From the human T2T-CHM13v2.0 reference genome, Homo sapiens, in assembly GCF_009914755.1 (NCBI RefSeq), contig NC_060947.1: a stretch of 64,000 bases of DNA, one strand, 5' to 3'. Positions 1 through 18,800 of the stretch are shown piece after piece (the first letter of the stretch is position 1; the number at the start of each line of letters is the position of its first letter). The notes beneath the pieces were generated by a model, which saw only the letters and a list, made by a program, of their open reading frames with translations, was not told the DNA's origin and did not search any database. The position numbers and the translations under genes were made by a program.

Positions 1-407
1 TTCTCCCAGGAAGATGGATGTGGCACGCAAGATAATGGCCCTCTAAAGACATCCATGTTCTAATCCATGGGACCTATAAATATGTTACCTTACGTTGCAA
101 AAGGGACTTGGGATGTCATTGGGTTAAGGGTTTTAAGATAGGGAAAGGGTGCTGTATTATCCAGGTGGGCCCAATATAATCACAAGAGTCATTAAAGATG
201 GAAGAGGGTCAGATTCAGAGAGATTTGAATATGCTATGTTGCCGATATTAAAGATGGAGGAAGGGGCCATGAAACAATGAATGCAGGTGGCTTCTATAAA
301 ATGGGAGAGTCAAGGAAATGGATTCTCCCCTAGAGCCTCCAGAAGAAATGCAGCTTTGTGGACACCTTAGTTTTAGCTCAGTTTTAGCCCATTTTGGACT
401 TTCATCT

Positions 408-1025
408 TGTTACTGGAAAGGGGTTCGATCCAGACCCCAGGAGAGGGTTCTTGGACCTCTCACAAAAAAGAATTGAGGTGAGTCCATAGAGTAAAGTGAA
501 AGCAAGTTTATCAAGAAAGTAAAATTATGGTTACTCCATAGGCAGAACAGCAGTATGGGCTGCTTGATTGAGTATACTTGTAGTTATTTCTTGATTATAT
601 GCTAAACATTATTCATGAGTTTTCTAGGAAAGGGGAGATATTTCCCCAGAACTGAGGGTCTCTCCCCTTTTTAGACTATATAGAGTGACTTCCAAACGTT
701 GCCATGGCATTTGTAAACTGTCATAGTGCTAGTAGGAGTGTCTTTTAGCATGCTAATGAATTATAATTAGTGTATAATAAGCAGTGAGGACTGCTAGAGG
801 TTACTTTCATTGCCATTTTGGTTTTGGTGGATTTTTGCTGGCTTCTTTACTGCATCCTGTTTTATCAGCAGAGTCTTTGTGACCTGTATCTTCTGCTGAC
901 CTCCTATCTCATCCTGTGACTAAAAATGCCTAACCTCCTGGGAATGCAGCCCAGTATGTCTCAGCCTTTTTTTTTACCCAGCCCCTATTCTAGATGAAGT
1001 AGCTCTGGCTCAAGCATCTCTGACA
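408..1025 (-). mobile_element. MER41 (MER41B-like) ERV1 solo LTR
   Basis: TG...CA ends with a 4-bp TSD ATCT (404-407 and 1026-1029). The minus strand starts TGTCAGAGATGCTTGAGCCAGAGCTACTTCATCTAGAATAGGGGCTGGGTAAAA, matching the MER41 5' end. Confidence 0.85.
622..651. promoter_or_regulatory. Tandem GAS-like (STAT) motifs in MER41
   Basis: TTCTAGGAA (622-630, TTCN3GAA) and TTCCCCAGAA (642-651, TTCN4GAA) sit at the position of the tandem GAS sites of MER41B. Confidence 0.5.
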
Positions 1026-1084
1026 ATCTGACCTCCAGAATTTGTTCTGTTTTAAGCCACTCTAGCATTATTCTCCATTTCCCT

Positions 1085-1609
1085 ATTTCTTGAAATTCCT
1101 TATTCTTGAAATGACAATATTATAGAAATGGAGAAGGGAACAAATTAGTGGTTGCCTGCAGTTAAAGAACAAGGCAGGGGATGGAGAGCATGTGAGAAAT
1201 GGATATGGCTATGAGAGAGCAACAGGAGGGGTCCTTGTGATACCTAGTGTCTTGACTATATCAATGTTAAAATCTTGGTTGTGATATTGAAGGCTAATTT
1301 ACAAGATGATACCACTGGGAGAACATGAGTAAATTGTACATGGGATCTCTCTGTATAATTTCTTACAACTGTATGTGAATCTACAAAGACCTCAAAAAAA
1401 TTAATTTAAAAAATAATGGGTAGAGATGCTGGGTATATATCCAAGAGCAATGAGTGCTTATGTCCACCAAAAGACATAGCAATACTATTTGCAATAGCAC
1501 CAATCTGGAAGCTAGCCAGACTTTCATCAACAGGAGAATGAACAAAACAATTGTATATTCATAAATGGGGTATTACTCAACAATAAAAATGAATGGACTA
1601 CTGCGATAT
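1085..1609 (+). mobile_element. Old L1M 3' end fragments
   Basis: TTAGTGGTTGCC, GGGATCTCTCTGTATAATTTCTTACAACTGTATGTGAATCTAC and TATGTCCACCAAAAGAC..CAATAAAAATGAATGGACTACTG are typical of L1MC/ME 3'UTRs. Confidence 0.6.
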
Positions 1610-1879
1610 TGTGAAATATATATATTTGGTCTTCCTCTTATTTCCTGGCATACCACTCCTAAAATCCTTGGGAGCTCCAAAGTGCTGTCTTTTTGTATGC
1701 TAATGATTGACTAATAACTTCAGTGTGGGACTGGTCACCAGAAAGACAAAGCATGAATAGAAGGTTGGGACTTTCCTCTAACCTCCAGGGAGGGGAGAGG
1801 GGCTTAAGGTCAAGTTGATTGCCAATGGCTAATAGTTTAATCAACCATGCCTACATAATGAAGTCTCCATAAAAATCTA
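1610..1879. mobile_element. MER21-like LTR fragment
   Basis: TGTGAAATATATATATTTGGTC..TCCTAAAATCCTTGG..TATGCTAATGA..CTGGTCACCAGAAAGAC..CCATGCCTACATAATGAAGTCTCCATAAAAA. Confidence 0.6.
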
Positions 1880-1932
1880 TTACGTTGGTGCAAAAGTTAC
1901 TGCTGTTTTTGCCATTAAAAGTAATGGCAAAA
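1880..1932. mobile_element. MADE1 (Hsmar1 MITE), right arm truncated
   Basis: TTACGTTGGTGCAAAAGTTACTGCTGTTTTTGCCATTAAAAGTAATGGCAAAA, with hairpin core TTTTGCCATT-N6-AATGGCAAAA. Confidence 0.8.
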
Positions 1933-2120
1933 GGTGTGGTGGCGCATGCCTGTAATCCCAGCTACTCTTCGAAACGCTGAGGCACGAGAATCACTTGAGC
2001 ACAGGAAGTGAAGATTGCAGTGAGTGGAGATGGCTCCTCTGCACTCCAGCGTGAGTGACAGAGCAAGACTCTGTCTCAAAACAAAACAAAACAAAACAAA
2101 ACAAAACAAAACAAAAACAA
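1933..2120 (+). mobile_element. Alu right monomer with (AAAAC)n tail
   Basis: GGTGTGGTGGCGCATGCCTGTAATCCCAGCTACTC..GCACTCCAGC..GACTCTGTCTC followed by (AAAAC)n. Confidence 0.9.
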
Positions 2121-2309
2121 CCCTCACTCTGGATCCTCCTTGAAGAAGAAGCCAAAATTCCTTAGCCTAGTGGCTCTTCACTATTTGACTTGTCTTATCT
2201 TCCACTATCCATCATCATCTATCTCCCCACAGCACTTTGCATTCCAGGCATACTAGACCTGGCATCCCTCAAAATCCCAGACTTTCTCATAATGACGTTC
2301 CATTGCAAT

Positions 2310-2500
2310 AATAATTGTAATTAGCATTTATTAAATACTTACTGTTCAGTGTGCTTTACAGGTATTACCACATATCTTCACAGTATCTCTGAGACAAGGG
2401 CAGTTATTACAGATAAGGAAACTAAGGTACAGAAAGGATAAGTAACTTGCCCAAAGTCACATAGCTTGGAGTGACAGAGGCAAGATTTAAATGTTTCCTA
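2310..2500. mobile_element. MIR
   Basis: ACAGATAAGGAAACTAAGGTACAGAAAGGATAAGTAACTTGCCCAAAGTCACATAGC is the MIR core. Confidence 0.75.
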
Positions 2501-2899
2501 GAGCTTCAAATTCAGAATAACAAATATATTATTTTTATTCTTATTCCACTTGGCTCATCTTCTTATGCCTCTCTCTCACTTGGTGGCGCCACTATCCACG
2601 CCTTTTTCCAGAATAAGAACTTGGATATTTCTCCTTGACAATTTTCTTTCCCTAGCGCGGTCCCAGTGCCCAATCTCCTGCCTTTCATTCTGCAAATAGC
2701 TTTTTAATGCCATATCTGCTTCTCTTCTGCTGCTGGGACCGTTGCCTCTAGTGAGTGGCCTCCTCACTAGATCTCCAGTCAACTTTCTATCCTCTGCTGC
2801 CAGTAACTTGTCAGAAACTTCTACTCTTCTTTTCTTTGTTCAGTTTCTCCATTCCTACCTGAGTTGGTCTCACATTCTCTGCAAGGCACAAGTGATTTC

Positions 2900-4525
<1,626 letters not shown>

Positions 4526-4606
4526 GGCTCCTCCCTAGGAATGTGCTGCTTTCTCTAGTTGGGATGATCTTCCTCTTTCTTTCTGAATTCCAACATATAA
4601 TCTTTT

Positions 4607-4812
4607 TTAAATTTATTTTGTAATTGTTTTTAACTTCTTATTTCCATAGGTTTTTGGGGAACAGGTGGTGTTTGGTTACATGAGTAAGTTCTTTAGTGGT
4701 GATTTGTGAGATTTTGGTGTACCCATCTCCCGAACACAGTATATACTGAACCCAATTTGTGGTCCTTTATCCCTCACCCCCTTCCCATTCTTTCCCCGAG
4801 TCCCCAAAGTCC
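4607..4812 (-). mobile_element. Short 5'-truncated L1PB-type 3' end
   Basis: TTTCCATAGGTTTTTGGGGAACAGGTGGTGTTTGGTTACATGAGTAAGTTC; TSD CAACATATAATCTTTT (4591-4606) / CAACATCTAATCTTTT (4813-4828). Confidence 0.85.
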
Positions 4813-5829
4813 CAACATCTAATCTTTTAGGACCAGCTTCAGTCTTGCTTTCCCTCGGAAACCTCCTGTCCATCCTCCCCTCCTCACTAATGTACCATAT
4901 TGTCTGGTCCTCCCCTGGCTTCAGCTCATGAATGAAATGACACTGAGTGGCTCTCTTCACGTGTGAATCTCAACCTGATTATACAATCCCTCCCAAAAGG
5001 GGCAATGTCTTTTTCATCACAAAATCTTCCACTGCCAGACCAAGCTTAGTACATAGGTTCTACATGAACACTTGCTGTATGAATTAGAAACTCAATTTCA
5101 CTAAAAGCATTACCTTGCTCTTCAGATTATTTATAACCATGTGAAATTGCAGACCTGTCCTGTGGTAGAATTTGCTGTCAAAAGACATTGTTATTTTAAC
5201 CTCTTGTTTTCTGTCTCCCAGCCAATTCGCCCACCCATAGCTGAAAGTCTTCCAATCCCAGAATAACTTAATTTTTCTCACAGCCCTTGGTTTGGATCTT
5301 GTCAGAGGGGTTTAGGAAGTGTCAATTCCACCCACTATTTTTACATATCCATTGACCTCTCCAAGAAAACTTCTAGTTTAGCCTGAGCCCCTTGTCTTGT
5401 CTTTCTCTGTTAGTACAATTTTCTTCCTCATCCTGGTTAGGGGTATCTTTGGTGAGTTTTGGGTCTATGTAAATAGAACAACTTGGCAGCAGGGTGGTTC
5501 AGCTGCCACTTTTCTGGATAAGTGAAAAACTGTTCAATGGTCTACATTTCTGAGAAGGTAAGGTAAGGGTCTTATTACCAGTGGCAGAATTTAGTCTCAC
5601 CCAAATAGAAAAGGGCTTGTGGAAAAATATCCAAAATAAAGATAGCTCCATAAACTGCTCCTTGCAAATGCAATATCTTTGCAAAGTAAAACCCTGCCCA
5701 AGTACTGTCTGTTAGGGATTTGCTGAGCTGTGTGTTTTTTTTGCAATCAGTGTAGGCCCAAAGGGTCTTTGCTAAAATCCACTCTTGAAACTTGAAAATC
5801 CAGAATTATTTCTTCTTCTGAATTATTCC

Positions 5830-7129
<1,300 letters not shown>

Positions 7130-7621
7130 TTACCACAAGTTCCTGGTAACTTTGGGGCCCCAGTAAATCAATAAGTTAACAGGAACCAGGGAGGAGCCAG
7201 GCTGGCAGAACAGGGACCTAACCCAGTTTGCAGAGCTCACCTCTTTGTGTGAAAAACCACAGTCAGTATCTTGCAACACCAGAAACGGAAAGCATGTGGG
7301 TCGCAAGACAGCTAAAAGCAGCATAGTGTTTCCCCTGGGCACCTGGATAGGAAAGACCTGGCAGTTAAAAATTACCCCAACATATTCTTAGCATACAGCA
7401 CAAATTCACTTGCACATAGCCCCCTCCAGCATGACCTTATAAAACTTTTGTCCATCCCCTGCTTCTTTGCAGGCAGCCTCTTCCCTGCTGTGCTGCCCAT
7501 TGCTTTCTTGCAACATGTCTTTGTACTTTCTTTAATAAATTCTTTTTCCTTTACCCACAACTGTCTTAGTAAATTCCTTTACTGCCCACAACATCAGCCC
7601 CAGCTAGTTGCACCCACAACA
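7130..7621 (+). mobile_element. ERV1 5' LTR (MER50/MER83-group-like; 5' boundary uncertain)
   Basis: TATA-like CCTTATAAAA (~7435), AATAAA (~7534), and a ..CACAACA end directly before a PBS. Confidence 0.7.
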
Positions 7622-11145
<3,524 letters not shown>

Positions 11146-14100
11146 TGTTTGAGTTGGAGAATGTATCTTCTTCAATTTTTTGGAAGGGTTTGTGAACAAT
11201 TGGTTTCAATTGTTTAAATATTTGGTACAATTCACCAGTAAAACCATCTGGTTCTGGGCTTTTCTTTGTGAGCAGCTTTCTGAAGACAAATCCAATCTCT
11301 TTACTTCTTATAAGTCTATTCAAATTTCTATTTCTTTTTGAGTCACTTTCAGTAATATGTATTTTTCTAGGAATTTGTCCACTTCATCTAGGTTATCTAA
11401 TTTGTTGGCATACAAATTTTCATCATATCCTCTTATAATCCTTTTTATTTCTGTAAGCTTCAGATTAACATATTCCCTTTCAGTGCTGATTTTAGTCATC
11501 TGAATTTTCCCTTTGATTCTTGATCAGGTTAGCTAAAGCTTTGTCAATTTTGTTGGTCTTTTCAAAGATCCAACTTTGGTTTTGTTGATTTTCTTTATTG
11601 TTTGTTGAGTCTCTTTTTAATTTATTTCTGCTTTAATAATTACCCTTTCATTCTTTCTGCTTGCCTTGTGTTTATTTTTCTTTTTTTCTAGTTTCTTAAG
11701 GTGGAACACTAGGTTATTAATTTAAGATCATTCTTCTTTTTAATATAGGCATTTACAGCTATAAACTTCCCTCTAAGCAGTGCCTTAGCTGCTTCCCATA
11801 AGTTTTTCTAAGTTAGGTTTTTGTTTTCACTCATCTCAAATTATTTTCTAATTTTTCTTGTGATTTCTTCTTTGATCTCCTGTTGTTAAGGAATCTATTG
11901 TTTAACTAACACATATTCGTATACATTTTCAAAATTTTATTTTTATTGATTTCTAATTTTATTCCATTGTTTTCAGAGAACATATTTTGTGTGGTTTTAA
12001 TCCTTTTAACTTCTTTGTTTTTCTTTTAAATTGTAGATAAACAGATATAGATAGACAGTATGCTGGAATGAGGTATTCCTCCTCCCCAGTGTTTGTTCTT
12101 GTCTCTATTTGTTTATTTCATAAATTTTCACTACTAATTCTGCAAAATCTTTTTTTTTCCTATGTGTAACCATTGAAGCCTCTGCTTGCTTATCTTAGTG
12201 GCCAGCTAAAAATTCAACAAATATTAACTGAAATGCCTAGAACCAATAAGCCTAACAGTCTTCACTGAAGGGCTCTGTGTACATGTTGAAACACGATTTC
12301 AACCCTCAGCCAGGCAGTTTACAACTTCATTTTAACCTTTACTTCCTGCTTGTGCAGCACCTTAATGACAGCCAGAGGTGAGAGCTTAGGGCCTCCTCAA
12401 GTCTTTTATGAGCATGTGCTCGGCCCTGACCATGGATACAACCCGAAACATGTGAATGGCCCTCTACATTTCCAGGAATATGTAGAAGATTATCAAAGCC
12501 CCTATGAGTGTCCCATTTTTTGTTTTTTTGCTTTTATTTTAAACTTTTTGGTTAGTTTAGTGTTTGCACCAACTCTTATCCACACCTCGGATAGTGTGTT
12601 GGTAAAACAGTTGCCTCTGTTTCTGATAAACCCCCTGGGAAAGGTCTTTTTGTACTCAGTCAGGTCTTCAGAGGAACAACCAAAGAGGTCATATAATAGC
12701 AAATTATCTCTGAATGAGGCTTTGAAGCATCTCAACCCTGTTTTGCCCTATGTAGTTGTTACCACGTTGCTAATTTTCATCATGATAGTGGGCTGTTGGT
12801 TTTCAAAAGTACCATGGAACTGGGAAAGAGGAGGTGGGAACACTAAAGATAAAAATGTCGTAAGACTTGTGGCTTGCTGTTCTTATTAAGATTCACCCAT
12901 TTTTTTTAAATAAATGGTCCCCAGACTGCTGTAAGACTTTAGTTAATGTCTATGTCCAAAAGAGTTGATTCTGACAATTTTAAAACCAGTTTTCTTATTG
13001 CATTTATGGAGGATAGAATGTATAGGTGTTCTTACTCCTTCATTTTTACTCCTTCCTTTTTTTCTTTCAGAATGGTTTCCTTTAGTTCTTTGAACATTAT
13101 TTTTTAATGTACTTTATTTGCACAGCAATTTTATGTTCACAGCAAAATTGAGTGAAAATATAGAGTTTCTATATACTTTGCCCCCACACATGCATACCCT
13201 CCTACTTTATCAATATCTCACAACAGAGTGGTTTATCTGTTACAACTGATGAAACTACCTTGGCATCTCATTATCACTAAAAGTCCATAGTTTACATCAG
13301 GGTTCACTCTTGGTGTTGTGCATTCTGTGGGCTTTGAAAAATGTATAACATGTATCCACCATCATAGAATTACACAGAGTATTTTCACTGCCCTAAAATC
13401 ATTTGCACTTCACCTATTCATCCTTCCCTCTCCCTAACCCCTGACACCCACTGATCTTTTTACTGTTTCTGTAGTTTTGTTTTTTCTAGAATGTCATATA
13501 GTTGGAATTGTATAGTACGTGACCTTTTTTGGTTGGTTTCTTTCACTTAGTAATATGCATTTAAGGTCCCTCCATGTTTTTTCATTGCTTGATAGCTCAT
13601 TTCTTTTTGCCTCTGAATAATATTCTATTATGTGGTTGTACCACAGTTTATTTAATCATTTACCTATTGAAGGGATATCTTGGTTGCTTCTAAGTTTTGG
13701 CAATTATGAATAAAGCTGCTATAAACATCTGTGTACCTTTTTCTGCACAGACATAAGTTTTTACTCATTTGGCTAAATACCAAGAAGTATGATTCCTGAA
13801 TTGTATGGTAAGAGTATGTTTAGTTTTGTAAAAAACTGCCAAACTTCTCCATGACTCTCCCATCAATGCCTTCCCCCAAGAGGTAGCAATTGATGACCTC
13901 TGTCATCATAGATTTGTTTTGCCTTTTTTGAACTTCATATAAAGGTTATATAAAGTTTATATACAGTAAGTTTGTATATAAACTTTGTATTAAAAGTTTA
14001 TATACAGTAAGTTTGTATATAAACTTTATATTAAGTTTATATAATGTTTATATACAATATGTTAAACTATAAAGAGGTTATATAAAGTTTATATATAGTA

Positions 14101-14420
14101 TGTTTGTATATAAACTTTGTATAAACTTTATATACAGTATGTCCTCTTTTGTGTTTGGCTTCTTTTCCTCAACATAATATCTGTGAGATTCATCCATGTT
14201 ACAGTATGCCAAGTTGTATTCCAGTGACCTGGAATAGTCTCCTTTTGATGGACGTTTGGGCTGGCTCCAGTTTTTGCCTATTATGGATAAAGCTACTGGG
14301 AATATTCTGATATAGGTATTTTAATGGTCCTGTACACTCATTTTTTTGGGTCTATTTCTAGGAGTGGAATTTCTGAATTATTTAGGTAATTATTTTAGTT
14401 TTAACCGATACTGAGGGAGA
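11146..14420 (-). mobile_element. Mosaic of old antisense L1M pieces (ORF2 ~11146-12000; 5'UTR-like ~12060-13050; L1MC-like 3' end ~13095-13850; L1ME-like 3' end ~13850-14420)
   Basis: Minus-strand peptide KKSPEPDGFTGELYQIFK (ORF2); L1MC 3'UTR motifs TTCACAGCAAAATTGAG..AAAGTCCATAGTTTACATCAGGGTTCACTCTTGGTGTTGT. Confidence 0.65.
13940..14140. repeat. Tandem array of AT-rich hairpin units
   Basis: AAAGTTTATATACA-GTAAGTT-TGTATATAAACTTT at 13952-13986 and 13993-14027, with a third copy at 14084-14118. Confidence 0.9.
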
Positions 14421-14569
14421 AGGTTAGTATGGACCGAAGGAGAGAAGGTAGTTGTTACTCACATGCTTTTAAGTTGCTCAGAACTCACCCCAATAACATG
14501 TCTAAACTAAGTCACAATCCTACTGTATGAGGTCACTGACCTACCTTAAGGCTAGGTTGGGATTTGTTC

Positions 14570-15045
14570 AAGAATGGGACATGTACACCAGTGTTCATGG
14601 CAGCATTACTCACAATCCTTAAAAGGTGAAAACAACCCATGAGTTCATCAACAATCGAATAGATAAACAAAATGTGATACATACATATAATGGAATATTA
14701 TTCAACCTTAAGAATGAATGAAGTTCTGAAACATGCTATAACATGGATGAGCCTTAAAAAACAGTAAGCAAGACACAAATGAAAATATTGTATGAGTCCT
14801 CTTATATGAAATATCTAGAATAGGTTAATTAATAGAGACAAAAAGTAGAAAAAAGGTTATCAGAGGATGGGGAATGTGGATGGAGAGTTATTGCTTACTG
14901 ATTAGAATTTCTGTTTGAGATCATGAAAAAGTTCTGGAAATAGAGTGGTGATGATTACACAACATTGTGAATGCACTTAAAGTCACTGAATTGTACATTC
15001 AAAATGGTAAATTTTATGCTATGTATAATTTACCACAATAAAAAA
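14570..15045 (+). mobile_element. L1MB-type 3' end
   Basis: GTGTTCATGGCAGCATTACTCACAAT..ACATGCTATAACATGGATGAGCC..CACTGAATTGTACATTCAAAATGGTAAATTTTATG..ACAATAAAAAA. Confidence 0.8.
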
Positions 15046-15815
15046 CATGCTTTGTTAAAAAAAGAATTGTCCATGGTGGTTTAGTGGTTAGGATAATTTC
15101 AAAAGAATGAGACAGCAGGTTGGGAAGGTGGATGGGCATCGGTGACTCAAAAAGAAAGGTAGCAGAAGCTGACACCAAGCATACATGAAACAGACCCAAA
15201 GGCCTAGAATCCTCAAAGTTATCCAGTCAGTCCCCACCCCCAACAATCTCTAATACTACTTTATTATCTACAGACAATGTCAGAACCCTTATGTGTTCAA
15301 TGCTTCTGAATTGAAGCTCTTATTTGGGGTGAAAACTACGTGGCCTAAGTGCTTTCTGTTGTCTGGCATAAGATCAGGCAGCATCCAGGTGATTCCACTG
15401 TTACCCTGTCCCTGGGGGCACAGTGGCACTTTCGCCTTTTCATTGATGCCCAACAACGCAGATATAAAAATTGGAACAGATGGTGAGGGGGCTTCAAATT
15501 TGTTGGCTGGCTCTCAACTCAGGGAAAGCAGCACAGGGAAAGATCTGCTCAACAAAACAAAATGTGATCCCCAGCAGGTCTAAACAAATAAGTGTTCAAA
15601 ATGTATTTAGTGGCACTGAGCCACCAAAGAAGAGAAGGGACGTCTGACAGCATAGGAGCAGGAAGATACATACTAAATCAAATTATCATTATTATTATGA
15701 AGCAAGCCACCAACAAGCTGGAGAATTTGGGGCTCATGCATTTCTTTTATTACTTTTTGTTAGGCAGATTGGCTGGAAAAATGATTTCTCTGGGTAGAAT
15801 GGGACTACTATGGAC

Positions 15816-18800
15816 TCTTTTTTTATTGTACTTTAAGTTCTAAGATATAGGTGCAGAAGGTGCAGGTTTGTTACATAGGTATGCACTTGCCATGGTGGTT
15901 TGCTGCACCCATCAACCTGTCATCTACATTAGGTATTTCTCCTAGTGCTATCCCTCCCCTAGCCCCCCACCTCCTGACAGGCCCCAGTGTGTGATATTCC
16001 CATCCCTGTGTCCATGTGTTCTCATTGTTCAACTCCCACTTATAAGTGAGAACATGTGGTGTTTGCTTTTCTGTTCCTGTGTTAGTTTGCTGAGAATGAT
16101 GGTTTCCAGCTTCATCCATGTCCCTGCAAACAGCAAGAACTCATCCTTTTTTATGGCTGCATAGTATTCCATAGTGTATATGTGCCACATTTTCTTTATC
16201 CAGTCTGTCATTGATGGGCATTTGGGTTGGTTCCAAGTCTTTGCTATTGTGAATAGTGCTGCAATAAACATACGTGTGCATATGTCTTTATAGTAAAATG
16301 ATTTATAATCCTTTGGGTATATGTCCAGTAATGGGATTGCTGGGTCAAATGGTATTTCTGGTTCTAGATCTTTGAGGAATCACCACACTGTCTTCCACAA
16401 TGGTTGAAATAATTTACACTCCCACCAACAGTGTAAAAGCATTCCTATTTCTCCACATCCTCTCTAGCATCTGTGGTTTCCTGACTTTTTAATAATTGCC
16501 ATTCTAACTGGTGTGAGATGGTATCTCATTGTGGTTTTGATTTGCATTTCACTAATGACCAGTGATGATGAGCCTTTTTTCATATGTTTCTTGGCTGCAC
16601 AAATGTCTTCTTTTGAGAAGTGTCTGTTCATATCCTTTGCCCACTTTTTGATGAGGTTGTATGATTTTTTTCTTGTAAGTTTAAGTTCTTTGTTGATTCT
16701 GGATATTAGCCCTTTGTCACATGGATAGATTGCAAAAATTTTCTTCCATTCTGTAGGTTGCCAGTTCACTCTGATGGTAGTTTTTTTTTTTTTTTTTTTT
16801 AATTTTTTTTTTTTTGCTGTGCAGAAGCTCTTTAGTTCAATTAGATCTCATTTGTCAGTTTTGGCTTTTGTTGCCATTGCTTTTTGTGTTTTAGTCATGA
16901 AGTCTTTGTCCATTCCTATGTCCTGAAAGGTATTGCCTAGGCTTTTTTCTGGGGTTTTTATGGTTTTAGGTCTTATTTTTACATCTTTAATCCATCTTGA
17001 ATTAATTTTTATGCAAGGTGTAAGGAAGGGGTCCAGTTTCAGTTTTCTGTATATGGCTAGCCAGTTTTCCCAATACCATTTACTAAATAGAGAACCCTTT
17101 CCCATTGCTTGTTTTTGTCAGGTTTGTCAAAGATCAGATGGTTGTAGATGTGTGGCATTATTTCTAAAGCCTCTGTTCTGTTTCATTGGTCTATATATCT
17201 GTATTGGTACTAGTACCATGCTGTTTTGGTTACTGTAGGCTTGTAGTATAGTTTGAAGTCAGGTAGCATGGTGCCTCCAGCTTTGTTCTTTTTGCTTAGG
17301 ATTGTCTTGGCTATGTGGGCACTTTTTTGGTCCATATGAAATTTAAAGTAGTATTTCTAATTCTGTGAAGAAAGTCAGTGGTGGCTTGATGGGGACAGCA
17401 TTGAATCTATAAATTACTTTGGACAATATGGCCATTTTCACAACTCTTCCTATTCATGAGCCTGGAATATCTTTCCACCTGTTTGTGTCCCCTCTTATTT
17501 CCTTGAGCAGTAGTTTGTAATTCTCCTTGAAGAGGTCCTTCACATCACTTGTAAGTTGGATTCCTAGGTATTTTATTCTCTTTGCAGCAATTGTGAATTG
17601 GAGTTCACTCATGATTTTGCTCTCTGTCTATAATTGGTGTATAGGAATGCTTGTGATTTTTGCACATTGATTTTCTGTCCTGAGACTTTGCTGAAGTTGC
17701 TTATCAGCTTAAGGAGTTTTTGGGCTGAGACGACAAGGTTTTCTAAAAATACAATCCTATCATCTGCAGAGACAATTTGATTTCCTATCTTCCTATTTGA
17801 ATACGCTTTATTTCTTTTTCTTGCCTGATTGCCCTGGACAGAATTTCCAATACTATTTTGAATAGGAGCAGTGAGAGAGGGCATCCTTATCTTGTGCAGG
17901 TTTTCAAAGGGAATGCCTTTAGTTTTTGCCCATTCAGTGTGATATTGGCTGTGGGTTTTTTCAGAAATAGCTCTTATTATTTTGAGATGCATTCCATCAA
18001 TAGCTAGTTCATTGAGAGTTTTTAGCATGAAGTTGTGTTGAATTTTATCAACAGCCTTTTCTGCATCTATTGAGATAATCATGTGGAATTTGTCATTGGT
18101 TTGTTTATGTGATGGACTACATTTATTGATTTGCATATGTTGAACCAGCCTTGCATCCCAGGGATGAAGCCAACTTGATCGTGGTGGATAAGCTTTTTAA
18201 TGTGTTGCTGGATTCGCTTTTCCAGTATTCTATTGAGGATTTTCACATCGATATTCATCAGGGATCTTGGCCTGAAATTTTCTTTTTTTGTGTGTGCGTC
18301 TCTGCCAGGTTTTGGTATCAGTATAATGCTGGCCTCAAAAAATAAGTTAGGGAGCAGTCCCTCTTTTTCTATTGTTTGGAATAGTTTCAGAAGGAATGGT
18401 ACCAGCTCCTCTTTGTACCTCTGGTAGAATTTGGCTGTGAATCTGTCTGGTCCTGGACTTTTTTTGGTTGGTAGGCTATTAATTACTGCCTCAATTTCAG
18501 AAGGTGTTATTGGTTTAGTCAGGGATTCGACTTCTTCCTGGTTTAGTTTTGGGAGGGTGTATGTGTCCAGGAATTTATCCATTTCTTGTAGATTTTCTAG
18601 TTCATTTGCATAGATGTGTTTATGGTATTCTCTGATGGTAGTTTGTATTTCTGTGGGATCAATGGTCATATTCCTTTTATCATTTTTTATTGCGTCTATT
18701 TGATTCTTCTCTCTTTTCTTCTTTATTATTCTGGCTAGTGGTCTATTTTGTTGATCTTTTCAAAAATCCAGCTCCTGGATTCATTGATTTTTTTGAAGGG

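Larger units (their letters stand above)
20..1062 (+). mobile_element. MLT1 (MLT1D-like) MaLR LTR, split by a MER41 LTR at 408-1025
   Basis: Starts TGTGGCACGCAAGATAATGGCC and contains ATATGTTACCTTAC..GCAAAAGGGACTT and GATTCTCCCCTAGAGCCTCCAGAAG. It resumes at 1030 with GACCTCCAGAA..GTTTTAAGCCAC. All are MLT1 consensus features. Confidence 0.8.

Noticed and set aside
1880-1932. Possible miR-548-type precursor
   Set aside because: Only a 10-bp stem remains because the right arm of MADE1 is lost; too short for a pre-miRNA.
12350-12889. 179-aa ORF with hydrophobic stretches
   Set aside because: It lies in T-rich antisense old L1 sequence, starts at a non-ATG codon and resembles no family I recognise.
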